Shown here piece by piece: positions 14,201 to 27,797 of a stretch of DNA of 64,000 nt; position 1 is the first letter of the stretch; each line of letters begins with the position of its first letter. The stretch spans positions 1,682,954 through 1,746,953 of the forward strand of contig CM120644.1 of the NCBI GenBank assembly GCA_051362555.1, read 5' to 3'. The position numbers were made by a program, and so were the translations under genes. Source of the stretch: Lingula anatina (taxonomy: Eukaryota; Animalia; Brachiopoda). The notes under the pieces are model-generated. The model ran no database searches, was not told where the DNA came from, and was given only the letters and a program-made list of their open reading frames with translations.

Positions 14201-17200
14201 GACAAATAAATTAAAATAAACATAAACATAGCTAGAGTAACTAATCTGAAACTAATTAAAAATCTATTTTTAAACCATATATTCTGAGCTATTCCTTTTT
14301 TTTCAGTCCTAGCAAACAGCCTCACTGTTGTCTTCACTATGTAGAAGGTAGGTCAACATTTATTACTTGGTCGCTGACATATCAAGAGTTTGGCAGACTG
14401 CTACTAGAGGGCACCACTGAGGGGGGTTTATAACATATAAATCTCTCAGCAGCTCATGTTGCAAACTGAGGACATCCTATAAATTGTCATACACTGTAGG
14501 CGCTATTTCCTATACAAGTACCAGTCTTAATAAAAATCTCAATAATTTGTTGGTCAATTCTTTAACTTGTTTTCAACTCAATCATGTACATCAAAGCATA
14601 ATGATGGCCAAAATTTCATGTAACAAAAAAAAAGTTCAAATTTTCACTGTCTATTTGTATTCTCACATTACCTATCTTGACAACAATCTTAACAACAATT
14701 TTATTCTTCCTAGTATGGGCTTGGCAACATGTCAAGTTCTGAGGAAAAAAAATGGATGCCTTGCGTCAATTGTCCCCTCCTTCAGGTGCTGAGACCACCA
14801 GCATAATTCTGTAGAATTTTTGAAAAAAAATTTATTCAATTAAATATACTTAATATGTATTATTTTAAAGAAAGAAAACCCAGCCATCCCAGCAGTGAAG
14901 TGAGGCTCTAAGATCCAGAGGATAACCAGGTTATTACTGACACCATGAAGTGAAGGCACAGGACAAAGTTAGAGGAAAGAATTCTCATGGATTTTTATGG
15001 CGGATCTTCAGATTTTAATTAATATCACCTTGGGAAAAATGGGATGAACTATAACAGCATATGACTTGGTCACATATTGTATGTAGATATTCCTACAGAG
15101 AAGAACTGAATTACCATGCAACATGAGCGCCATCTATATTCTAAATGACAGTTATCATCGGATGTTGTCGGTGAAATTATAACCATGAAAAGAAATAGCA
15201 GAATCCTATCCATCGAAGTTTCAAATAAGACCAGAATATAACAATGACTTTTTTAATTTATATAACTGCACTCCTTATATAAAAAAATAATATATCTATA
15301 TGAATGCATCTTTTAGGATTTTTGGGTTGTGATAATCTTAAATTCAATTTTAAGTAAATATCAAAATGACATTGATTAACGTCTTGGTAAAATATTCCAT
15401 CTCACGTCTCACATTCATATTCCATCTCACATCTACTCAGTAAGATACATATTATTATAGAATCTTGTCATCAAAATATAATTATAAAAATAATAATGGC
15501 TTTTTCACAATATTGTTCTCACTGTCACATTTGGTATCAAACCACATCAGTGGATACACATGTCATACTTGTAATTTAATGCCTTAAATGAATTTTCGGT
15601 TTTCTCAACTTTTCATTGAAATAGCAACTATAAATATGATCAATTCCATTACATTCAGTCTAATTTCCAGAAGTTTATAAGGTTGTAATATATAAATATG
15701 TGTCCTGAATTATATAGATGTGCGGGTTAAATGTTTTTAGGATGTATACTTATATAATCAGTTTACAGGTCAAGTTTAAAGAAGTCTGTTCTAAGTCACA
15801 TGAGGTTACTCAATTAAAAAAGAAGCCATATCTTTGATTAACAAATACATCCACCTCAAATGTATTTAGGAATGGTCCTCTGCCTTGTAACTATATTATA
15901 CACCTTGATCAATCAGTTTAAGTTATCAACCTATTGTCCACTAATAGAAGCCATTTAGTGCTCAGTCTGGAAGTCTTCCCTATCGCATGTGTAATTGAAT
16001 TAAAGTGACCACTCTGGCAACCCACCTGGCTGGGAAGCCAATGTAATGTAATTATATATGTGAAGGTATATAAAGATAGAAATAAAGGTAGAAGTCAGTA
16101 GTCAGTACTCAGAGAGAGGACACTGCATGCTGATCTCTAGAAAGCAGAACATGACGTTATGTCACACACATCATTACCTGTCTCATTTCAGACAACATGG
16201 CTGAAGGGTTCTCTTCTGGACTGAGAAACTTCCCTGTGGTCCCAACTTCCACTAAATGATACGCTTCCTTCTCAAGTTGCTAAAAAAATTGAAAAATGGA
16301 AAAAAATATTCAAACTCACTTTTTATAATAAATATCAGGCACTTGTAGGAGGAACAGAAGTCCCAATCAAAGGAAGGGAAATTGTAATGATTCCATGAAT
16401 TCAAAATTATGTAATTATATTATATCATATAATTGCTGATTTAATCTGCAAATAACAGTCACTGCATGTTAACTCATAATGAGAAATCTCATACCAGAGA
16501 AGCAATTTAAAAAAATTAATAAAAAAAAAACTAAATAATTATGACTCCAACATCAATTTTTTTCTTTACTGTAGAATTTGAATTAGTCTATTGGCTTGAT
16601 ACTGGAAAGTCTTTTGCAGAGGGGGCGGGGGGGGGGGGGGGGGGAGGGGAGCAATAGCAACATAACAGCCTTTTTGTTATAATCTGCAGGACTATATCTT
16701 TATAACATGCTAAACTTAGTGCCTTGTTTGGTTAATAACAAGTTTCATTCTAAATTCTAACTGCAAGCTTAGTTGTATATTAAATATTCAAATGAAAAAA
16801 GTATGTGTACAGTATAAATGTCACAGTGTATAAATATACACCAGTCTGTCATTCATCTGCTCTGCATAAAATTGTTACTTTCATATAATTAACTACAAAG
16901 ATTACAAATACTAATTTAAAGCTATAGATTAATAACTACCATATATAATCACATTTTAAAAAGTTTGGAGGATATGATTTTATAGCCATTCCGGTAATGA
17001 AAAAGTCAAAAGACCAAAATAAAATGGATGGGGATTTATCCCAATCAAATCCAGGGCAATGAGAAATAATTTAAGAGAAATAAAGCAAACATTATATATG
17101 AAGTACATGATAAAGTCTGCATGCACATGCACATGCCCTCGCATGCATGTTACCCTCAGCAGCCCCTCCGTCTCCAACAATGTGTGCTTTGAGGCCTGTA

Positions 17201-18064
17201 AGAAAGTTTACGAAACACAAGAAGGAAGAGAGGTAAAAGAAATCACAAAGACTGAGAGATTTTATCAAGTAACAGGAATTTAGACAATTCACCATAGAGG
17301 TTATAAAAAGACAGAGATTATAAAATAGCAAGTGAAATAGAAAATTATCTGAATCAAGGTAAAAATAATTTGGAAAAAAATCAGAAAAGATGAAATAAGA
17401 TTACAACATGTAAATTAAATATATGTCCACCTTGGTGAATGATAAATTTATTGATTAAAGGAAGCAAATGTGGGTAATATGTGCAAGACAATCAAGACAA
17501 TATAGAAACTATTCACTAACACAGTGTAGTGAATAAAATTTATGTTACGTAAAAAAAAAAAAAATAAATAAATAAAATGAACACAGGGGAATGTTTGGCC
17601 AAAAATGTATCTTTGCAGATTTTCCTGGCACAAAAATAAATAAATAAAAATAAAAACAATAATAATAATAATAAATAAAACATGAATGGTAAGGCACTTG
17701 GATTTGTGCCTCGGGTGTGTTTGTGTTTTATCAATAAATAAGAGGTGAAATAAACTATCAGGTCCTTCATTACCTCAGCAATCACCTCATAACTTATTGG
17801 CTGACAGGAATAAACAAGTCACATTGGATACTAATATTGGCATGATACACTTCTACTTATAAACTATATGTGAACCACAAATCAAACAATTAAAATCAAA
17901 TTCTTAATATATTTATTGTAGTGATATTACACCAACAGTATATAAATTATTATATTTTTCAAAGATTAGCTGAATATGAACTTTACAAATCAATAGGGAA
18001 AGCAAAATATCTTGTTTATCATCAAATGTTGCTTGTCATATAATGTCACGTTTTTTAATTTCTT

Positions 18065-18142
<78 letters not shown>

Positions 18143-21100
18143 CATCATATAACATACCTGGAAAGTCTCTTCCAGATTCTGTGTCATGAGAGGGGTCTGC
18201 ATGTTCACAAACTCCGTGGCCTCCTGCATGTTGAACAGAAACGCCTCCCACGCAGCCCAGACATTCTCCTCAATCTTCTCCTCCTCTGGGTTCAGCTGGC
18301 GGTAGTTCATACGCACCATCTGGAAGACGGACAACTCTACAGATTATGGTGCTCATCACAGACATGGTTTTTTTATGAGAAAAAATGGCTTGGTGGCCTT
18401 GCCAGGAGCAGAAAATGGACAGAATTTTTTTAAGTTTAAATTGATAGCCATCTAATTTTTTCGGTTGGAAGATGGTCAAAAATGGAGAATGGGTCAACAA
18501 AGATAATTTGGAAGATTGTCAGAAATATATCTGGATCTGCCCTTGCTTACAACCAGGGGTGTGGGAAAACCACCATGAAAAATCCTGATTTAGCCTATAT
18601 TGAAAAAAAAAACAAAAAACGTTTGTATAAACCTGTTGACTATGAACTGGTCACAATTTTTGGTTGTCAATGAATGAGAAATGTGTTTTTATATGCAAAT
18701 AATGTATTAGTCTAAGAATCAAGTTTGGATTATAAAATAAATATTCAAATTGGCAAGTGGATGAACAAGCAGACAATAAACCAAGCAATGACATGCACTC
18801 AATGCAAACAATAAAGAAAAACACTAATGACACTACTTCCACACTGCCACACAAGCTGTTACACTGTACTTCATTTCTATGATATAAGCAGTTTACACAT
18901 TGGAGGAAGCTTATGGTAATGTTGAGACTAAAAAGTCAGCTATAATCTCACACATACAGCAACAAGTATACACTGTAACATTGATCATTTGCAAACGGTT
19001 TTGTGACTTCAAATTGTAAAGAAAATTTGGTAGATTAAAGAACCATATAGTTTTGTGGAAGAAAAAAGGAAAAAGAAATTGAATATCAAAATAAAAACTG
19101 CACACTGCTGAATTTTCCCAAGAATTCCTTTTTCAAATAAAAAGAAACAATTCAGCCTAAGACAGAATGCAGTAGAAGAAAGAAAACACACTGCCAGAAT
19201 TTCCAATAATTCTACTATCTAAATGCAACAGTAATGAAAGAAACTGTTAAAAATTCAGAGAGAAAAAGAAAACAACTAAATCCTCCCTATACCTTAATTT
19301 CCTGCATCTAAGAGACAGAAAGCACACCAGGTGATTAGTGGTGGGGGAATTAGCCGTCTAGTCATGGCAGATTAGTGGTCTATGTATTAAGTCTCATTTA
19401 AGTATTAAGTCCCATTCATACCTGTTAGTACTATTAGCTAAATCTCACAATTTATTAACAAAAAAACTGTTCAATAATTTTTAGTGATCATGCAGTTAAC
19501 AGGTATTTCCTCCATACTGAATACCGGAATTTTGATAATAACAAATGAAAAGGTTAGTATAATACTTAGTACTAATGTTAAATAACTAGTTTACTTCTGA
19601 AAATAAGTTTCAATTCCAAAACACATTTATAAAATCATATTTTCACTTCTTCAGCTTCAAAAATTAATTTTACCATAAATCTTGAGCATAATCAGAGCTT
19701 TCATTACCTCAAACAGAGACTTGATATACTCTACTCTCTGCTGGAATTGCTGTGAGTTCTTCTTGTACTGAGTTATCTGCTTGGCGTACACAGCAAAGGC
19801 ATCCATACTGACCTTCTTGTCACGCATATTCTGGAGAGAAAACATTGAGAAAAAATTTGATATAAACTGAATAACTTCACTTACTCATCAGAAATATTAC
19901 CCTCACTTCATTTTAATTCTTTCCCACAAACTAACACATTTGTTTTTTCTATACCCTTCAATTTTTTTAACCAACAAAACCATTTTCACTTTTAAAGATA
20001 TACATAGGGATACTGAGCAACACTTTTTGCATCACTTTCAATCCTTATGGACAAATTATATATTGTCAAACCATTAGATCTATGCTAATTATAGAATGAG
20101 TTTTAAAAAAAAGCACCACTTTCATTTTCAAAGTCATACTAAAAGCACCACTTTCATATTCAAAGCCATACTGAAAGCACCACTTTCATTTTCAAAGCAA
20201 TGATGAAAGCACCACTTTCACTTTCAAGATCATACCTGCAGCACCACTTTCATTTCATTACAGAACTGTTTGCCTCTGTTGCTGGCTTCCTCAGCCACAA
20301 ATGTCACCAGTTCTTTGTAGATGGAGTTCAGCTTGGGGACGAGATCTTTCTGCAGGGCCGAGCAGTCCACATGGAAAATGCCATTCTCAGTTGTGAAAGC
20401 ACGGTCAGACATCTTGATTCTTTCCGTCCAGCTTCTGATCTCTGTCAGTCTTTGCTGAAATGAATAAGAAGGCAGAGAAATATTACAGCATGCCATGGAA
20501 ACTGTCAGTTTAAATTAATTACAGCCATTCAAAACTGAATTTTATGCTGTAATTTTTACATAAATATCATATGAATTATATGAGATAACCCATTCATATG
20601 AAAAATGGTAACACAGATTAATTTAGAACATTATTCTGTGCTAACGTAAGTGAATAATATGTAATCACTGTCAGCCTCTTTGCGAGTGTCTAATACTCTA
20701 TATGCTACTGCTGTGAAGTGCATTTTCTTTCACATCCAATCTTACTCACCTCAATGTTAAAGGCAGGTGCTCCTTTCCACTCCTGTAGAGAGGTGTCATT
20801 CCAGCCTTTACAAAACTGGTGGATCTCATTTAGCCAGCTATTCTCCTTGCAGTAGTCGTCTATCTCTGTTAGCCCAGCCATCAGGAAGTCTGTGTGGGTC
20901 TTTATAGCACGGTTGTACTCCTCACTGGAATGATGAGTGATAAAAATCAACTGATTGCATCTATTTTGTTCCTACATACTGCTGATGTGTCACTGTATAC
21001 ATTAAATAGTGGTTCTATATACATAACATGGTTCAACTTGTTTATTCATCAATACAGCACAGATTTCTCCCCTCCTCAACCTCTCTCTCTCTCTCCCCCC

Positions 21101-21908
21101 CCCTTCTCTCCTCTCCCTTCCCTCTCCCATCTCCCTCCCCACACGTCTCTCTCTCTCTCTCTCTCATTCTCTCATCATAAAAAGGCACCTGAACTTACTC
21201 ATTCTTCAGTTTCTACTCCAGGTTCCCCTTACTCAGGGGGTGGTACTTATTCATTCTTCAGTTTCTCTTCCAGGTTTCCCTTACTCAGGGGGTGGTACTT
21301 ACTCATTCTTCAGTTTCTCCTCCAGGTTCCCCTTACTCAGGGGGTGGTACTTACTCATTCTTCAGTTTCTCCATCAGGTTCCCCTTACTCAGGGGGTTGT
21401 ACTTACTCATTCTTCAGTTTCTCCTCCAGGTTCCCCTTACTCAGGGGGTGGTACTGGCCCATGAAGCCCTCCCCCTCCACCACCAGACCCTCAGCTGATG
21501 GGAAGTCTGCTTTGATCACCAAGTCTGGAGTGGCCACCCCCAGGTTGTCTTCTTCTTTAGTGGGAGTTTCTGAAAAATAAATAATAAACTATGAAGATGA
21601 TGATGGTTGTGCACAGATATGATAAACTTAAAGAACAGTAAGATGACAAGAGATGAGGATACAGGTCTTTGTAGTCTAAGAGGAGCGTACGGTGCCTTGA
21701 TCCACTGACATGATGTAGAGCCCTTAGGTCAGGACTAAGACTATGAGTACTGCCAGCACTCATGCTAGTAGATAATGATACTAATAAAAGGGTAATATTT
21801 AAAAAATGTGCATATACTGGAAACAGTAAAGTGAAGTGAAGTGTAAAGTTGTAAACAAGATACTGGGCTACACACACACACATACACACACACACAAAAA
21901 AAAATGGA

Positions 21909-21950
<42 letters not shown>

Positions 21951-24900
21951 GACTGCAGCCACAGTTTCCATGTACTCACTTCCTCTGTAAAGTTAAAATC
22001 AATATAATGCGCTATACAAGAAGTATATATTATTATTATTCAATTTTTTATTAAGTATAAGATATAAGAGGGTGAGTGTAGCCACAATTTCCCTCTACTT
22101 ACTTCCTCTGTTCAGTTCTGGTGTCCTTCCATCTTGTGTCCTCAGTCTCTTCTCAGATGTCGCTGTCACCTGAGACATCCTGGTCCGTGCCGTTGCCGAG
22201 TCATCCATCATGCTCTCTCCATCTGTGATTGTAGGATTCTCATCCATTGGTAGCGCCTTCATGACAAGGATGCCTGGGATTTCCTGCAGGACACGCGTCA
22301 TGCCACGCAGGAATTTCTCCTTTGATGGGGAGATGCCAAGGACGTCTGGTTTATAAATAGGTTAAAATCAAATGAAAAGCTTTAAAAAATTAATTTTTTC
22401 AAAAAGATTACTACTTTTTTATCATAAAAACTTGGCACTTAAAGAATATAAAGCATATGAAAACTTAGGGTGAAATTCTACTTCTGTTAAGATTTTTTTT
22501 TTTTATTGAGCACTTAAATGACAAATAATATCTGAAGTGGCTGTTTGTGTGTGTGTGTGCATGCATGTATGTTTGCTGAAATGTTAGAGCTTCTAACACC
22601 CCATTTCCATAGATTAGATCGACCTACTTTAGATCGACCTAACTCCCTGGGGGTTCACGCTAAATAGCTGTCAGTCGGGCGGACACGAAAGGTAATTACC
22701 CCTCTTACAGCTTGTAGTAGGCGGGACGGACATTTAATTCGGATTATCTGAAAGTAATCTAGTGAGACTCCCCATGGGGATAGATCGATCTAAAATCTAT
22801 GGGAAAAGAGCCTAAATCAATATCCTTCCTGATACTAGAGTAACAACATACATATCATACCTTTATTGTTGAATCCTAGATGAGCTAAGAACAACCCCTC
22901 CCGTGGTGCATCTCGTCCTGCTCCCATGACATTGTAGACAAACACACTGACATTTCTCTTGGCAAGGTCCACCAAGTAGGCTAGCATCACCTGGTCAACT
23001 AGTCTGACAAAGTTGCCAAGGCAACTGAAAATAAAGGTAATGGTTATCATTCAATCACAGCAACAAGAAATGTTTTAACTGGTTCAATAACTGGATAGAT
23101 TCCATGATGGATTCCACGTATCCTTAGTTGAATATATAAATCTATGATTTGTAAAAATGACCCTAAATTGGGTTGTAATTGAAAAAATTTAATTTAATTG
23201 TTTCATGGTTTAAAATTTCTACACCAACCCTGTTTCTTCTTTTGCTTTCCTGAGGTTTGCTTCGCGCTGTTCTTTTTTCTGCTTCTGCAGATGGAGAGAG
23301 TCCTTGGTGCTGGAAAATACATGCAGTATAAGTTGTTTTTGTTTTTCTTTTTACAATGAAGGCTTGAGTGCTTTATATATAATCTGAGGGCAAAGTGACT
23401 GTTAACGAAATAAATTTCACAATTATGCAGTTTTACTCCAACTATGATAACTTGAGGAAAGAAAAACATCTGTTACATAAGACTATAATGCTCATGCCAC
23501 TTACAAAACAGTTTTATGTTTGACTTGTTCCTCACAGTATCTCAGACGTTTGAAGCAATCTTCTTTCACAGTGTCCACTATCAGTTTACCATATCTAGAA
23601 CAGAACATTAAAATCTGTGTTTTAGGAAAACAGTAACAGACTTCCACATTATGTGATCATGAGTAGTGTAGAAGTGATAAAAGTACCACCTTGAGCCAGC
23701 TGAAGATATTCAAATTCCCACAAATGCACACTTCTTCAGAAGTGCATCGTTGATATGAAGCTGTAATTCTTCAGGTGTGAAGTTCAAGATATAAAGTGTC
23801 GGTTAAATGGTGCATATTTCCTTTGAAAACTACTTTCACAGAACCACTTCAATTCACCAAAGCTTTGTCCTTTTAAAAACATTATGAATAAAAAAGAAAA
23901 AAAGAAACCTAAAGTACTAGCTGTTATATGTGTTCATGCTTACATTTGTTTGTACATTATTTGCTTTCTAACTATCTTACTATCTTACCTAAAGAACCTT
24001 TCCAGAAATCTCTCTGCTTGGATGTTCTTGTAGTTGACAATGTTTTCAAATTCTGGTAGAAGGTAGCGCTTACTGAAAAAAAGTAAATGTAAAATTGTTT
24101 TTATCACATATTGAAAATAATTTTAAATGAGCATAATATTTGTCACATTAAAAATCATTTAAAAAAAGAAATTTTCTTATGACAATAATTCAGAAAAAAA
24201 GTTAACATTCTTATTAATCATAAAAATAGCAAAATTTTCCAGTAAAAAATCACTTACTCCTGCTCATCTGGTAAGAACTGCACTGTCAGCAACTCATGTA
24301 GTAATCTGAAAGAAAAGAGAATAAAACATTGTTCACTTCAAAACATTCCAAAGGAGGTTACAATTTGTGAACTTCAGTTCAACAAGTCTGAGGCAGCTGA
24401 CACACAGATCAATGGTGAAAAAAGTAAGAGCAATGTTCACTTTTCAAAGTTACTAGTTTGTTACTTGGACAATTGAAAGTATTTTGTTTTTCTTTTATAA
24501 CATTTCCATTATCTATAAATTTCAAGTCATGATTAGTTATTAAATTATTAAGTTATAAAAACAAAACCTTATTATTGAAAAAAGTTTGACTCAGACTAGC
24601 GGTTTTCTGGGTTTATTTGTGAAAGAGACCAATGGGTTGAAAAATTCAAAGCACAGTCTACAATGAGCAGATTCAGTTGTGTGCTACAAATCTAAATTAT
24701 TTTTCACCAACAAAAATCATGTTCATGAACAAAAATCATGTTCATAGGATATCAATTTGACTAGTTCAACTAAAATACATCAAAAAACAAATCTTTGTGT
24801 GAATGAACAGTAAATGGGTATGCATCAGAAGCGACCTGAAATATACTGAGTAGATTTTGAAACACCAAAAGTAATATCTTTGAATCAGTGTCAGTTCTAC

Positions 24901-26729
24901 CCCTACAGAACCATGCACTCACTTTGCAATCTGCAGCAGCGCGGCACCAAAACATGGGACGTTAGGTAACAAGGTGTTTTTGATGACGTCACGGACCTCA
25001 GCAAAGTCTGTCTGTTTCTTGGTGGCATGCCAGCTAAAAGCAAAGAAAAATACATTCTGCAAAATGTCCACTGAGGATTCATTTGCTCAAATTCCAACTC
25101 TCTGAATGTGAAATCATGGAACTTTAACTCATGATATTTGACTTTCTTCTATTATTGTCCTAGCTTCAATGTAAACTTTTTTTATAAAATGGGTGAATCT
25201 ACTGAAGTACATGTTGACTAGAAATGTGATAGCTGTGCCATGAAGCGATGTTGTGCAAAATTTCACAGTAAAATGAGATCTCTAGCTAGAAATCATGACA
25301 ATGCTTCTGAGACTACGTAGTAACATTAATTAAAGCCACCCAGACTGTCTCCTTCATCCTTTTCTTCTCCATATACTGTGGACAGTGTTTCTGATAAAAA
25401 TACTGTGGACTTACCATCTTAATGCCTTGCGTACCAGGAAGTACTTAAAGAAAGGAATACTTCTGACAGCAGCATACAACACAGCCTCCCTGTGCCACTC
25501 TCCCAGGGTCATGTTCTCTGATGGCTGGTCTGGGTACACATGGAGTACTCCAAATGTGGAGAATACATAGTGCTCTGGATTAGCCTGAAGTGCAGGCAGT
25601 GAGACTATCTTAATAACATGTATCAATAGCATGGATTTCTTAAAATACACTGTATAGGTGTAAGGACAGAAAGTTGGTTTGAATTATCAAATAAATCCAG
25701 ATCATATACAAATTTAAAAAATTTAAATCAAAATGAAAAGTATAATATTACAAAATGGTAAAGCTTTTATACATTTCCATCATCAGATTTTATAAATAAT
25801 CTATAGGCTGCCAACAGGTAAAAAATATCTTTCTTAGATCACACAACCTTATGACATACTTCAAAGACCTATAATCAAGCAATTCGCTACAATTTTGAAA
25901 TCAACCAACCTGTTTATCAGTGTATATATATTCTACTGTTAATGTAAGAGAAAAATAATCACAGTCATATAGGCTATATTAATTAATGGCTACTGTACCT
26001 TATTCTGGGGCACAGCCACTAGATCATAGGGTCTGAAGTGTCTGTGAGGAGCAATGTTGAAGTACATGTGCTTTATCTTCCCTACGTGATACAGCTTGCC
26101 AAAATATTCCACTGCTTCTCTGCCTGTCATGGGAGGGGGCTGCTGACCCTGGAGGGAAGAAAGACAAATTAAATATTATTCAGATGATTGTTATTGTACA
26201 TACTAGAAGTCTGCCATGTTAGACTACATGTAGTTTTAGCAAAAAATTTAAGATTACTGGACAAGTTCAACAGGACTAGTAAGAATTGTAGCAGTTGTTT
26301 TATATTGCTTTTCTATAACCTAGAGATTGTATTTTCAGATTCATTCTTTTGACCATTACACAGTTTGCCTTGTTTACATAACAATATTTTCTCTTCAGTC
26401 ACCATCCCCAGCCTGCTATATATGTTTTGAGAATATGAGTACACTAATAAGCTCAGGTATACAAGTACATGACACTACACATATTCACACATACAGTAAA
26501 GGGTAGTAATTACACGATTTACCTTTTCAGTTTCTACTGTAATCTTGATTTCTTCTCCAAGTTTTTGTAAGTCAGCTACCTCTGATGGCGGCCTACTGCT
26601 TCCTCTGCTGCTGGCACCACTGCCCTTCAACTCCTCCTGTAATCAAATATACTGAATATTAACATTTATGAACTTAACTATTACAAATGAGATACAAGCA
26701 AAGAGAACTAAATACCATCACTCCCCTCC

Positions 26730-26783
<54 letters not shown>

Positions 26784-27746
26784 TCAAAAGGCAAGATAAG
26801 CACCTGCTTAAAAGTATGGAACACATCATTTGCTGTTTTTTCACTAACTTTAAAGCAGACAAAATATTTCCTCAAAACAACAGGCAGGTTGTTTTTTTTT
26901 TTTTTTTTAACTTTATTTAATGAGGGGAAACGTGTTAAGCGTCATCTTATCTTCCACATGGCTCTCTGATACCAGTTATTCAAGGGTAGTAATTTTTATA
27001 AGTTGACTACTAGTATGTTATTTAATACAGATACTCTATATTATTAATTAGTCATAAAGACTATAACTTACTTACAGGATGCAAAAGCAATAGAATGGTA
27101 AATAAAAGCTATATATATAATGGTATAATTTTACTCAAGTATTTACCTCAGATAGTAGCTCTACATTCATTGCTTGTGAAGTAAAACCAGCCGAGTGTTG
27201 CCAGATTGCCTCTCCTGTAAATTATAAAACATAAATATTACCTGGCTGTAAAATTATAAATTACAATAACATGTGTCTACTACTACTGGTCAACACCATT
27301 AATTTCATGTATAACATTTCTACTATCAACATATTTCATCAAACACTTAATAAAGAAAATAATAAAAACACTTTTGATTCTATCTTTATCTACCAACACT
27401 GCAGAAAATAGACTGTTAACTGTACTTTATTCAAGAAGCCTATTCAAAATACATTTTACAAATAATTCTGTATCAGATCTTTTATTGTGGCAAACGTGTA
27501 GTCATTTACAGAGTATTTAGTTTTGATAATAACTTACTAGAAGCCAAGTCTGCTGCCACTGTGGGCAATGATTTACTGAGATCTCCAAAGGTCAGAGGTT
27601 TAGGAAGGTACTTCTTCTCATCTCCCTAGAATTGTGACAAATGAAGATGAAGTAAATGTGATATTTAAAACTTAACAGATACATTGTATATACAGTGTTA
27701 CAACTTAATTAAAAGAATTTTTTCATCAGAGGGCACAAAATTGTAA

Positions 27747-27797
<51 letters not shown>

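Noticed and set aside
8676-16177. A second nested protein-coding gene in the 7.5-kb DNHD1 intron
   Set aside because: No chain of phase-compatible exons or recognisable domain found; the ORFs there are short or repeat-derived.
20894-21580. 228-aa plus-strand ORF
   Set aside because: Made of CT-rich low-complexity DNA, the 52-bp repeat and the antisense of DNHD1 exons.
27242-27245. 4-nt micro-exon (ag|CCAG|gt) after a duplicated acceptor in DNHD1
   Set aside because: The following intron would be under 30 nt, and the reading frame is already consistent without it.
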